Assembly: GCA_035285545.1 (NCBI GenBank)
Contig: JAYKGY010000070.1
Coordinates: forward strand, 1 to 64,000
Reading direction: 5' to 3'
Length of the DNA stretch: 64,000 nt
Origin: Snowella sp.
GTDB taxonomy: Bacteria > Cyanobacteriota > Cyanobacteriia > Cyanobacteriales > Microcystaceae
The position numbers were made by a program, and so were the translations under genes. Shown here piece after piece: positions 1 through 10,210 of the stretch. The number at the start of each line of letters is the position of its first letter. Within the stretch, counting starts at the first letter, position 1. The notes under the pieces were generated by a model. It was not told the origin of the DNA and made no database searches. It saw only the letters and a list, made by a program, of their open reading frames with translations.

Positions 1-123
1 CAATCGTCTCAAACTGATTAAGCGTCAGGCTTATGGGTTTCTTAACTTTGAAAATATGCGTCGTCGCTTTTTAGCTTGCTTTTCATTATGAGTTTTACTT
101 ATCACTCTTTATTCAGAAGAACC
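1..123 (+). mobile_element. Right end of ISL3-family insertion sequence (transposase C-terminus plus terminal inverted repeat)
   Basis: The frame from base 2 reads NRLKLIKRQAYGFLNFENMRRRFLACFSL* (stop 89-91), the typical ISL3 transposase C-terminal KxIKRxAYGFxNF motif. The element ends ...TTATTCAGAAGAACC (reverse complement GGTTCT..., ISL3-like IR) at 123. Confidence 0.85.
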
Positions 124-486
124 ATTACTACTTCCCAATGCTGATTCAATTACTAGCAAATTTTGATATTTACCTTGCTCCGATATTTCTCTACATAATT
201 GTGCGCTTTTAGGTGAAGGTTCTATTGCAATAACCTGTCCATTTATTCCAACTTTATCCAGAAATTGTTGGGTATATAAACCAATGTTGGCTCCTATATC
301 CCATACAACATCACCTTCTCCAACAAATCTTAATAATTCTTGTTGAAATCTGTCTTCATATTTTTTATTATTTATAAGACTTACTAAAAATTGGAAAAAA
401 GCCTTACCAATTCGGTAGTTTCTTACCTTGGCTCTCAGGTTGATAAAAAATTGATTTTGAGATAGATCAAAGATTAAATTATTCAT
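124..486 (-). pseudogene. FkbM-family SAM methyltransferase, N-terminal part, interrupted by the ISL3 element
   Basis: VWDIGANIGLYT and VIAIEP motifs. The ORF terminates in GSSE*, encoded by the IS terminal repeat (109-123), well short of a full FkbM domain. Confidence 0.8.
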
Positions 487-527
487 GTTTAATTTGGGTT
501 AGTTTGATTTTTTGATATAAAAAATTT

Positions 528-1502
528 TTAAAAAATATTTAAAGTTTTCAGAAAAAAAGAATGTAAGTTATCAGCTTTTTCTGGATTAATAAGAGGATGA
601 TTAACAATCTTATTGTTTTCAGTAATATGTTTTACATTAAACATACTTGTAATTATGGAATAAGGAGAATAAAAAACACAAAAATAAGATAGGATTAGCT
701 TATATAAATCCTCTGGGTTTCTTATTTGAATATCGATCATAGATTCAAGATAAGGCAAAGCACCTTTATCTTCTATTTTTTTGAAAATTGAAGAGATATT
801 TGGCTGTAATTGGAAAGGGGAATGAAAAATAATTTTAATATTTTTTTGCTTGAGTTTTTGTAAAATTTCTATCTCAAATGGGCTAAAAAAACGACAAGGG
901 ATTTGTAATATATTTGGCTTTATATTATGAGATTCTAAAAAATCATAAGCTACATTTAAAGGTAGACTGGTTGAAAATCCATAATTTTTAATCATTCCTG
1001 ATTGCTGGACTTCTATTAAAAATTCTAAAATAGGCTGTATATTATTTTGAGATTCTTGAAAGTTGTATTCATGAAATAAAATATTATCAATATAATCTGT
1101 TTGTAAATAATTTAAGCTCGTTTTTAAACTTGTTTTAGCATTTTCTAGTGTAAATACAGCTTCGGGAGCCGCTACTTTGCTTGCCGCCGTTTTAATTAAA
1201 CTGTGTGTGCGAGGAACATAATTAATTAATTTTCTAGCAATTGCTTTAGAAGTTCTAATCCATTGGTTATTATTGGGAACAAGTCCAAACTTCGTTGTGA
1301 TTTCTACTTTGTTTCTGGGAATTTTATGATTGACTAAAAATTCTCCGAGTAAAGATTCTGCTTGTCCCCATCCATAGGTTCGAGCAATATCAAAATAATT
1401 TATTTTTTCTGAGTAAGCAATTTCAAGTGCTTTTAAGCTTTCTTGCTTAGCAACTCTACCCAGCATGGGGGCACATCCAAATCCAAGACAAGTTTTAACC
1501 AT
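528..1502 (-). CDS. Aldo/keto reductase family protein
   Basis: LGFGCA, INYFDIARTYG, EITTKFG and SLNYLQTDYID motifs. Confidence 0.85.
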   Translation of the reverse strand: MVKTCLGFGCAPMLGRVAKQESLKALEIAYSEKINYFDIARTYGWGQAESLLGEFLVNHKIPRNKVEITTKFGLVPNNNQWIRTSKAIARKLINYVPRTHSLIKTAASKVAAPEAVFTLENAKTSLKTSLNYLQTDYIDNILFHEYNFQESQNNIQPILEFLIEVQQSGMIKNYGFSTSLPLNVAYDFLESHNIKPNILQIPCRFFSPFEIEILQKLKQKNIKIIFHSPFQLQPNISSIFKKIEDKGALPYLESMIDIQIRNPEDLYKLILSYFCVFYSPYSIITSMFNVKHITENNKIVNHPLINPEKADNLHSFFLKTLNIF

Positions 1503-1503
1503 T

Positions 1504-2394
1504 TTAGAAAAACCTTAATTGTAAAAATAAACGCTCTTTTTCTATTGGTGGTAATGCTTTATGAAAACAAGATGCATCTTCTAAAAAACATTTTCCAACA
1601 TTACCTTCGATGGTAATAATTTGTTCTTTAGAATAATAGTGATGAATGATTTCATCAGGAAAACGGGCACTTCTTAAAAGCATCCAGAGTTTCTTGTTTT
1701 TGTGGCTTGACTTTACTAATCTGTGAGCACCACTATTGACATTCACATCAGTTAAATAAAAGCTAATATAAAAAAAGTTGAGTCCGTGTACATCATAGTG
1801 ATAGTCAATTGTTTGAAATTGGCTTCTGCGATCTTCAGAAGATAGATTACTAGCAAAGCTCCACCAGAGCATTACATCACAATTATCTGGGTAATAACCT
1901 AAATATTTTTCTGCAATTTCTAGTAAAAAGCTGTCATGTCTCAGTTGTAAAGTCTGCTCAATTTCTAAGGGATTTTTTACCCTCGCGATCGCGATTCTTT
2001 CTTTGTTTTTTAACTGCTCATGATATTCTTGATAAGTAAAATCGAAGGAATAGCTAGGAGACGTTAATTTACTATTTTTGGCAAATTCAATAATTGGCGT
2101 TACGGATTCTTGTTTCATCTCCAGTTGATCGAAATAGGAATTTTCATGAATATTATTTACAATAGAGTCTATATTAAATTTTTGGTAATCTTTTAACTGA
2201 CTTGGCTGAATTGATGAGACTGGTTTTTGTCGGAACAATTGTTGCAATTTTCGATATCGAGAATACAAATTTCTAACGAATAAAAAACGACCTAAGAAAT
2301 AATCGAAATTCCCATTAATGATTCTAAAGATGATTTTTTTGTAATCTAATTTAGGATTATTAGACGTATAAACAATATTAGTGGATTCTTGCAT
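1504..2394 (-). CDS. PhyH-like 2OG-Fe(II) dioxygenase family protein
   Basis: HxD (YHYD), FYLTDV...SGAH and distal FHK: the facial-triad pattern of phytanoyl-CoA dioxygenase-like proteins. Confidence 0.65.
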   Translation of the reverse strand: MQESTNIVYTSNNPKLDYKKIIFRIINGNFDYFLGRFLFVRNLYSRYRKLQQLFRQKPVSSIQPSQLKDYQKFNIDSIVNNIHENSYFDQLEMKQESVTPIIEFAKNSKLTSPSYSFDFTYQEYHEQLKNKERIAIARVKNPLEIEQTLQLRHDSFLLEIAEKYLGYYPDNCDVMLWWSFASNLSSEDRRSQFQTIDYHYDVHGLNFFYISFYLTDVNVNSGAHRLVKSSHKNKKLWMLLRSARFPDEIIHHYYSKEQIITIEGNVGKCFLEDASCFHKALPPIEKERLFLQLRFF

Positions 2395-2408
2395 ACTTGT
2401 ATTTTAAT

Positions 2409-3656
2409 TTAATTAATAACATTTTTTGTGTATTTTTGTTTTAGAGATTGATAGTAAAAATAAATTTTTTCAGTCAATTTTTGCTTGTTTGGTAAATCAT
2501 TAATGATTTGTTGGTAAGCACAAATAAGTTGTTTGCTAATTTGCTCCCAACTATAATTTTTAAGAATAAATTGGCGAGATCGACTCCCCATTACTTGAGC
2601 GGCTTCTGTATTTTCTAAATATTTGAGTAATCCTTCTGCGATCGCTTCTGCATTAATATCAACCACTAAGGCAACATTTTCCTTTGCCGCTTCTGGGAAA
2701 TTACAGCCAGTAGTGATCACACAGGGTAGACCCGCTGCCATTCCCTCTAAAACTGAGACGCTAAATCCTTCAGAATAGGAAGGAGCAACATAAACGGACG
2801 CGGCGGCTAAGGCGGCATATTTGAGCGAACCACTTAACATTCCCGTAAAAGTGACAGCTTCTAAACACTGGTTTGACCGTAGCCATTGCTTAACGGTTGG
2901 CGAGTAACTAATGTTATCGGGCCCAGCAATAATCAGATGGGTTTCAGGAAATTGTGCCTGCACTTTAGCAAACGCAGTTACTAACAAATCTAGACCTTTT
3001 TTCGGGTCAATTCGTCCTAGAAAAAGAATCAGTTTTTTATGCCGTGTTTCAGGAAATTGTTGATAAAAGATTTCTGGGTCAGGTAATTGTTCAAAATCTT
3101 TTTGATGGATACCATTAGGAATAATTAGTAAGGGTGATTTTAGCTCAAGAGATTGTAAATTTTGGGCTTCTGTTGAAGCAAGTGCTTGAATCGCATTAGC
3201 CTGTTTTAAAAAAGGTTTTTCAAAAAGATTAAAGTATAATTGTTTTTTCCACGATTTATAGGCTAACGCCCAGGGTTCAAGCATTCCGTGAGGGGTCATG
3301 ATATAGGGAATTTTTTTGATTTTGCAAGCTACATGGGCGGGTAAATTGGTATAGGAAAAAATCGCATTGGTATGCACTAAATCATAGGCATTGACATTCT
3401 TAAAGAGCCAAGCGGTTAAGGGCAAACTGACTTTATAATCGGACAAATGCCAGTACGGAAAATACTGAACCCGATAAGAGGTTTCCTGAATCCAGGTCTG
3501 CATGGGAAGGTTTAAACCACTGGAACCATTGGCATTGGTTGTCACAATATCGACTTCAATGCCGCGATCGCCGAGAGCTTCAGCTAGGGATAAAACGCAT
3601 TGAGAGGTTCCGCCATAGACTGATCCTAACGCGGGGATAACAAATAAAATTTTCAT
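2409..3656 (-). CDS. GT4 glycosyltransferase
   Basis: FLGRIDPKKG and SYSEGFSVSVLEGMAAG motifs; start set at MKILF. Confidence 0.9.
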   Translation of the reverse strand: MKILFVIPALGSVYGGTSQCVLSLAEALGDRGIEVDIVTTNANGSSGLNLPMQTWIQETSYRVQYFPYWHLSDYKVSLPLTAWLFKNVNAYDLVHTNAIFSYTNLPAHVACKIKKIPYIMTPHGMLEPWALAYKSWKKQLYFNLFEKPFLKQANAIQALASTEAQNLQSLELKSPLLIIPNGIHQKDFEQLPDPEIFYQQFPETRHKKLILFLGRIDPKKGLDLLVTAFAKVQAQFPETHLIIAGPDNISYSPTVKQWLRSNQCLEAVTFTGMLSGSLKYAALAAASVYVAPSYSEGFSVSVLEGMAAGLPCVITTGCNFPEAAKENVALVVDINAEAIAEGLLKYLENTEAAQVMGSRSRQFILKNYSWEQISKQLICAYQQIINDLPNKQKLTEKIYFYYQSLKQKYTKNVIN

Positions 3657-3683
3657 TTTTTCTACTGAAATAATTGGCACAAA

Positions 3684-4817
3684 TTAGGCAAAGGCTAAGC
3701 TATATTCCACCGCTTGCTTTAAGCCTTGGGCAAAGAAATCTGGGGAAAATTGTTGAATATGCTGTAATGAAGCTTGACCCATTGCAGATAAATCAACTTC
3801 GGAAGAACTCATTTTCAGCATTAATTCCGTTAAGGCTTGTTGGTCAGTGGGATCAAAGCCAAAGCCATTAATTCCCTCTAAAACGAGATCTTCAAAGCAA
3901 CCACAACGATTCGAGACTAAAACGGGTAAACCTGCTGCCATTGCTTCATTGACCACTAATCCCCATTGTTCTTGAATGCTGGCATGAATAAAACAACTCG
4001 CATGGGCAAAATACGGTAACAGTTCTTCCTGTTGCAAAAATCCGGTTAAATGTACCCAATCGGTCAAACCTAATTGTTTAATTTTTTGTTCAATTTCTGA
4101 TCGCAATTCTCCTTCTCCACTTAAGACTAAATGCCAAGCTTCATGGCCTTTTTGTTGACGATAGATAGCATAGGAATCAATCAGAAAGGCTAAGTTCTTT
4201 TTAGGAATAAAACGATTAACTGCCAAAAAATAAGGGTTGTTTAAAGGACGAGGTAGATGGCCAATGAGAGCAGGGTGAAAGGCATGATTACCCACCACGT
4301 CATAGCCTAAGAAGATAGCTTGCGAGGGCATTCCTAACTTTGCAAAGTACCGCTTATGAGGTGTTCCACCGACTAAAGCTGCATCATATTGTTGAATAAT
4401 TTTTTGTTTAATCAATTCCCGTAGTTGAAATCTCGGTGCATCATTTTCCATTGATTCAGATAATAAAATTATGGATTTACGATGCCAAAGACACCAGATT
4501 AAAGCAAACAACATTCCAAGTTCAAAATAGCCCGCGATCGCGAGAACATCAGGCTGAAGTTTATTCAGGGCTTGATTGAGTTTAAATACAAGCTGAAGAG
4601 GATTAACTTTTTCGAGTTGTTCATCTTCAATAACTGAAACAATGGGATAATTTTTTTTCCGATGCTCTGTAACCCAAGCATATTCTGTTTGAGCTTTCCC
4701 CAATTCAATTGGGATTACTTCAATAGGTGGATTTTTAAAACTATTAATACATCCTTCAATTCTGGCGAAATGATAGGGTCCAAAGTTTTTAAATAAAATT
4801 CCGATTTTGATAGACAT
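3684..4817 (-). CDS. GT4 glycosyltransferase
   Basis: VNRFIPKKN and EQWGLVVNEAMAAG motifs. Confidence 0.9.
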   Translation of the reverse strand: MSIKIGILFKNFGPYHFARIEGCINSFKNPPIEVIPIELGKAQTEYAWVTEHRKKNYPIVSVIEDEQLEKVNPLQLVFKLNQALNKLQPDVLAIAGYFELGMLFALIWCLWHRKSIILLSESMENDAPRFQLRELIKQKIIQQYDAALVGGTPHKRYFAKLGMPSQAIFLGYDVVGNHAFHPALIGHLPRPLNNPYFLAVNRFIPKKNLAFLIDSYAIYRQQKGHEAWHLVLSGEGELRSEIEQKIKQLGLTDWVHLTGFLQQEELLPYFAHASCFIHASIQEQWGLVVNEAMAAGLPVLVSNRCGCFEDLVLEGINGFGFDPTDQQALTELMLKMSSSEVDLSAMGQASLQHIQQFSPDFFAQGLKQAVEYSLAFA

Positions 4818-4873
4818 AAATTAATTGATAATTAATGAGAGTTTGCCAACTAATTAGGCATTAGTATTAACAA

Positions 4874-6154
4874 TTAATAACCAGGAGTTAGATAGCGATT
4901 ATTTTTTGATTCTTGCTTGGAATATAAAACAATTAAGAAAACAATACTTATTTGAAAAATCGCCTCTTGTAAAAAGCGGCCAATTCCATGGGTTAATGCC
5001 AACATCGCAGGGCTAACTAATCCCATATACAAAATAGATGAACAAAAACTTTTGTTATAATAAGCAGAAATCCAAAGATTCTTAAATAAATAACCAATTA
5101 AAGCAAAACTAAGACAACCTAAATAGCCAAATTCCATAAAGGAATCACCCACGCCTGTAGTTGTTGTTCCTACATGAACAGAATAGCCATATAGGTTATA
5201 TAGCGTTTCATTTGTTATTAAATTAAATTGCAGAGAGACTTTTAAACCAAATCCTAAAAGCTGCCCTGGGACATATTGGAACACAACAGAATCCCACCAT
5301 CCCGATCCTAATCCATAGAGATTTAACGCGGTAACGGCATCAATATAATAAGCTGCGTTTTTAAGCTCTAAAATTTCTCCCGTTTGCTGTATTGCTAATT
5401 GTTCTTGAATAGTTGATAGAATTGCATTCCATTTTCCACTGAATAGTAATTCCCAAAATAGTCCGCGTAATTCTCCTATCGCCAGTAAAAGTAAACTCAT
5501 TAAAAATATGGTAAGAATGATTAACCATCGAGGGGGTAAATAGCGGCGAACTAGCCAAAAAGAAAGGCCAACAATAATGACAAAAGTCATGGTTGGTTGT
5601 CTTCGTCCTCCTAGTACCGTTTGTAAAGGAATCCAACCCGCCGTTGAAGCCAAGATAATATTTAACATTGAGGGATAACGGATCGCTCGCAATAAAAAAA
5701 CTGAAAAGGCAATATAAATAACCTGAGCAAAAAAGTAATAAATAGTTGCTTCTCCTGTCCAATTACCATTTGTATCTGATCGTTGAATGTCGGATTGATC
5801 AATTAAATAATTAAAGAAATATCCTAAGAAAGTTAAAATTAAGGCAATTTGAAAGAGTTTCGTTTCGTTTAAGTTAATATTAAAATGATTAATGAATTTT
5901 TGATTCGGTTTACCTTGATAGCCTATCCAACAAGCGATCGCGCACAGACAAGACATTAACAAAACTCTGGCTAATGCATCTTGATTGAGTAAACCCGGAT
6001 TCGCAATTAAAGAAGCGGTTTGGGGAATTAAAAAAGAGACAAAAATTGCCCCCATAAAAAAAGGATATTGGTAAATTCTCTCAATCCGAATTAGTCCCCA
6101 AACTAATAAGCTCATGCAGATTAGGATTAATAAACTACGATAAATTTCAGGCAT
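4874..6154 (-). CDS. Polytopic membrane protein, putative Wzy-like polysaccharide polymerase
   Basis: About 10-11 hydrophobic segments, GGRR motif, a large loop followed by DSFMEFGYLG; embedded among GT genes. Confidence 0.55.
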   Translation of the reverse strand: MPEIYRSLLILICMSLLVWGLIRIERIYQYPFFMGAIFVSFLIPQTASLIANPGLLNQDALARVLLMSCLCAIACWIGYQGKPNQKFINHFNINLNETKLFQIALILTFLGYFFNYLIDQSDIQRSDTNGNWTGEATIYYFFAQVIYIAFSVFLLRAIRYPSMLNIILASTAGWIPLQTVLGGRRQPTMTFVIIVGLSFWLVRRYLPPRWLIILTIFLMSLLLLAIGELRGLFWELLFSGKWNAILSTIQEQLAIQQTGEILELKNAAYYIDAVTALNLYGLGSGWWDSVVFQYVPGQLLGFGLKVSLQFNLITNETLYNLYGYSVHVGTTTTGVGDSFMEFGYLGCLSFALIGYLFKNLWISAYYNKSFCSSILYMGLVSPAMLALTHGIGRFLQEAIFQISIVFLIVLYSKQESKNNRYLTPGY

Positions 6155-6170
6155 GATTATTGGGTATCAA

Positions 6171-7373
6171 TTAAAAAATATTTTTGAGGCAATCTTGCAG
6201 ATGGAAAAGACTGAAGATAGAAGAATTCATTGCCTGTTGAGAAAATTTTGCTAATTGTTGAGGAGAGTGAAAGCAAGATAAAAGAGAGTCCGCGATCGCC
6301 TTTCCCGTGATTTCAGATAAAACTAAGCCATTAAGATCGGGCTGAACCACTTCACCGCAAAAGGAAGAGGCAATAATCGGTAATTGCCAAGCTTGGGCTT
6401 CTAGCTGAGTCAAGCCAAAACCGTCGGAATGGGTAGGAAAAAGAAAAACATCTGCAAGCTGATAATAATACGCTGTTTTACTCCGATTAACCTGAGCGAC
6501 CCAATGTATTTTGTCATGGTATTGAAAATCAGGGGGTATGGTAATTTGCTGCGGCCCTACTATCCAGAATTCAATAGGATAGCCCTCTAGTAATTTAATG
6601 GCTTCTAATAAAGCCGCAATTCCCTTACGCAAAATAACTTGCCCTAGAAATAAAACCCGCAACGGTCGTTGATGATTAAATTCAACAGGATAGATACGGT
6701 TCCAGTTCTCAGCGATCGCGGGAGGAGTATAAACCAGAGGAATTAGGTGCAACTTTTGGGGATCAACGCCTGCTTGTTCTAATAATTGGCGCGACCATTG
6801 GGAGTTAACCATAATCACATCCGCTAGTTGACACTCTTCTTGCCAGTTTTGCCAATAGCTTTGGGGGGCGGGTTGCCAATCAGTCCCGTATTGGGAATAT
6901 CGGGTATAAAGTTGAGTAACAATTTTTTCTTCAAAAATGCCCGGATCAATTTGTCCTAAAACTGTTAACCATCCTTGCTGTTTAGCAAATCGAAATAATT
7001 CTAAGGCAGCATAACTATAGGAAAATAAAATGGGGGTTTGTTGAAAAGATGGAGCTAATTTTTTAAGCATTTTAATGGTTTGTTTTTGAAACCACTGATT
7101 CCGATTAATAATAGTATCCCAATCTTGAGTTTTTTGAAATTTTTGAATTAATTCAAATCCCAATAAGGAAGTATTAAAAGCCCTAACCTTATCAGAGCTT
7201 AAAGCAGGATGAAAACGTTCTTTTAATCGACCTTTAGGGAAATATTTAAAAGGAGAAGAGGGAGAAACCCAAGCATCAGTAATCAGGTAAGCTAATTGGC
7301 CAATTTCGTGCAAAGCTCTGGGAATAGCATAGTGTTCTCTTGCTCCAATTTGGCAACAGATCCAATGGGACAT
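6171..7373 (-). CDS. GT4 glycosyltransferase
   Basis: FLGQVILRKG and DGFGLTQLEAQAWQLP motifs. Confidence 0.9.
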   Translation of the reverse strand: MSHWICCQIGAREHYAIPRALHEIGQLAYLITDAWVSPSSPFKYFPKGRLKERFHPALSSDKVRAFNTSLLGFELIQKFQKTQDWDTIINRNQWFQKQTIKMLKKLAPSFQQTPILFSYSYAALELFRFAKQQGWLTVLGQIDPGIFEEKIVTQLYTRYSQYGTDWQPAPQSYWQNWQEECQLADVIMVNSQWSRQLLEQAGVDPQKLHLIPLVYTPPAIAENWNRIYPVEFNHQRPLRVLFLGQVILRKGIAALLEAIKLLEGYPIEFWIVGPQQITIPPDFQYHDKIHWVAQVNRSKTAYYYQLADVFLFPTHSDGFGLTQLEAQAWQLPIIASSFCGEVVQPDLNGLVLSEITGKAIADSLLSCFHSPQQLAKFSQQAMNSSIFSLFHLQDCLKNIF

Positions 7374-7394
7374 AAATAATTAATAATTGATGTT

Positions 7395-7775
7395 TTAAGA
7401 TAAAAGTTTTTCTAGAGTTTGAGCGCGATTTTGCCAAGTATTATTCTGAGCGAATTCTAATTACTGTAAGCTGTAATGATGAAATTGAGGTTTAGTTCGT
7501 GCAATTAATTGTTCATGAATTAGCGCGATCGTATCTTCTATTAAATCGAAAATTGTAATCCAATCAGGATACAAACGACATTCGGGAATATCCGTACTGA
7601 GAATAGGGCGAACACTGGCGATCCCATCCATAAATTTGGTCGGACAATCGGCTTGATTAAAGGGATGATTCACCCCACAGAGAATTTAGTCAATCGCAAA
7701 AGAAGACTGATAGCAAGCGATTTCATCATGACTGACTTTCCTGATATCACTCACACTTGGGTAAGCCTAAAATTG
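7395..7775 (-). pseudogene. C-terminal remnant of a GT-B (GT4-like) glycosyltransferase
   Basis: In-frame ...SSFAID*ILCGVNHPFNQADCPTKFMDGIASVRPILSTDIPE...LQ*LEFAQNNTWQNRAQTLEKLLS* with two internal stops and no N-terminal half. Confidence 0.75.
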
Positions 7776-7800
7776 CTTAGCGAGATCTTTATATATTGAT

Positions 7801-8928
7801 TTAGAGGATTGAAAGGAAATGTTGATATAGCTCAGTAGCACTCTGTTGCCACGTAAATTTAGAAGCTCGTTCCTTTCCTCGCTGGCTCAAGTCCTCTCGT
7901 AGTTGAGCATTATTCAGAAGAGTCACAATAGATTCTATGTAATCATCAATAGAATTATTAGAAACTAGAACTGCCGCATTACCGGCAATTTCTGGTAATG
8001 AAGAAGAGTTGCTAGCAATAACGGGCGTACCACAAGCCATAGCCTCTAACACAGGAATCCCAAAACCTTCATATATAGAGGGAAACCAGACTAATTGAGC
8101 AGCATGATATAACGAGCAAAGAGCTTCATCGCTTACAAAACCTGTCATCATAATAGAGTCGCCTATACCTTGAGCTTTCTTCACATAGCTAGGGTCACAA
8201 TAACTAGTCACAACAAGTTTGAGATCTGGCATTCTTTTGCTGAGAATTGCCCAAGCTTGTAAAATCAAATCCGCATTTTTTCTATAGTGTAAACCTGTGG
8301 GTAAAAGGATGAACGGCTGATCAATCAGCCCTAGACTTTCGACAAAATTATTACCTTCATCAGAACAAGGTAGAAAAAATCGAGGGGGTACGGCATTCGG
8401 AATAACTCGCAATCGAGAGCTTATCTGAGGAAAAAAATGAGCAAGTCGTTCCGCAGAAAAATTAGACACCGTATGAAATAAATCTGCTTTGCGCGAAAGA
8501 ATCCAATAAAGATATTTCCATTTCAATCTTTGGGCTAAAAAACTACGATTTTTAACATGAGCGTTATCTTCAAAATAAGCAGCATCATGTAAAGTGACGA
8601 CTAAACGCGCTTTTTTAACTGGAACATAGGATTCCGTGGTGCAATAGACGATGTGAGTATCTGGCCAAAATTGTTCAGCCGATGGATTATGTGTTAATGC
8701 CCAGTATTTTTGTTGAAAAGAAGTATCATGCTTAAAAAATGAATAGGAGAAACTACTCCAAGGTTCATCCATTTTGGAAATGATTTTTTTATAATCTCGA
8801 TGATCTGCAAGTATGCAAAGCCTAGCATCTACATTTTGGTGCAAATGTTCAACCATTTGACGAGCAACTCTTCCGGCTCCAGTTGAATTATGTATACTAC
8901 GCAGATGAACGTAGGTTAAGATATTCAT
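7801..8928 (-). CDS. GT4 glycosyltransferase
   Basis: YEGFGIPVLEAMACGTPV motif. Confidence 0.9.
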   Translation of the reverse strand: MNILTYVHLRSIHNSTGAGRVARQMVEHLHQNVDARLCILADHRDYKKIISKMDEPWSSFSYSFFKHDTSFQQKYWALTHNPSAEQFWPDTHIVYCTTESYVPVKKARLVVTLHDAAYFEDNAHVKNRSFLAQRLKWKYLYWILSRKADLFHTVSNFSAERLAHFFPQISSRLRVIPNAVPPRFFLPCSDEGNNFVESLGLIDQPFILLPTGLHYRKNADLILQAWAILSKRMPDLKLVVTSYCDPSYVKKAQGIGDSIMMTGFVSDEALCSLYHAAQLVWFPSIYEGFGIPVLEAMACGTPVIASNSSSLPEIAGNAAVLVSNNSIDDYIESIVTLLNNAQLREDLSQRGKERASKFTWQQSATELYQHFLSIL

Positions 8929-9068
8929 CTTAAAATATAATTAGTGATTAAAGTTTTTTGATAAAAGTTTAAAAAAATTATTTATTTCTGTGCTTGTCAT
9001 AAAAAAAACTAAAAGCTTTTATTTTTATTTTTTCTAAAACAATTAGCTACTTATTGATTTTTTATTAT

Positions 9069-10106
9069 TTACTTTTGGTTGAGCTTGACCAAAAAAGATT
9101 GCTCACAAAATAAAATAGAATAAATATAATCCTGATATTTCTTAAAAGTTAAATCCGCCTTTAAATCCCTTTTAATATTGGGCTTACGAAAAATTTTTAA
9201 GAGGACAAACCAAGGAAACAGGATAATAAATGACAAAAGTATATGATTGAAATAAGCTATTTTAATCCATCTTTTAAATAAAAACAATTTTTGATTAGAC
9301 TTGAGAGAAATGAGTAAGTTTTGCCACAATAAATCTTGACGTAAATAATTCATTTGGCTAAAAGACAGTCCTAGTCTTTCTCGATAGGGATTATCATTTG
9401 AAATCATCCAAAGAATATCTTTAGTTTTGAGATCACCCTTATCAAAGAATAAATCTTTGCTTGTCATCTGATTAGAATGTAAACGATAAGCGCAAATAGG
9501 TTCATCAACTTGTGTAACAGGGTATTTAGAAGATAGCGAGACATAAATTTCCCAATCAGCAATGGCGTTAAGACCAACATTAAAACCGCCAATATTACGT
9601 AATAAATCTGTACGATACATACAGGCACTAGGAAGATACCCACTATAGTATTCAAGCTTAGCCCATTGTCTGCTTGTTCTCAGTTTGGGTACATAGGGCT
9701 TAGCGTAGTTCAATATGTTAATCATTTCTTGATTTTTTACTTTTTCAAACTCAAGACTTCCTCCAAGACAAATTGCCGCATCAGATGTAATTTTCATCGC
9801 TTCAACCTGTTTTTCTAATGCCATTGGAAAAAGTAAATCATCACTATGCAATATTTTGATAAATTGTGTTTGACAGAGTTCTAAGCCTCGTGCAACATTT
9901 TTGAACTGCCCTACATTTATATCATAACGTTGATATTGAATTTTTAAGTCGGGGAAACTCTCTACTACGACTTTAAGATTCTCTTGTGAGCCGTCATCAC
10001 AAACAATTACCACAAAATTTTGGTAAGTTTGCCGTTTTAAAGATTCCAACGCCTGTGCCAACATTTTAGCACGATTATAAATCGGAACAAGAACAGTAAG
10101 TTCCAT
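9069..10106 (-). CDS. GT2 glycosyltransferase
   Basis: VLVPIYN, VCDDGS and LHSDD motifs. Confidence 0.9.
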   Translation of the reverse strand: MELTVLVPIYNRAKMLAQALESLKRQTYQNFVVIVCDDGSQENLKVVVESFPDLKIQYQRYDINVGQFKNVARGLELCQTQFIKILHSDDLLFPMALEKQVEAMKITSDAAICLGGSLEFEKVKNQEMINILNYAKPYVPKLRTSRQWAKLEYYSGYLPSACMYRTDLLRNIGGFNVGLNAIADWEIYVSLSSKYPVTQVDEPICAYRLHSNQMTSKDLFFDKGDLKTKDILWMISNDNPYRERLGLSFSQMNYLRQDLLWQNLLISLKSNQKLFLFKRWIKIAYFNHILLSFIILFPWFVLLKIFRKPNIKRDLKADLTFKKYQDYIYSILFCEQSFLVKLNQK

Positions 10107-10210
10107 AATTTTTAAATAATTCAAATAAAATGATTTATAAAATTAAATGTAATAAATTGCTCTATTCTAATTTCTAATTAAGATTTTCAAGTTTTTTATG
10201 ATTAGAGATT

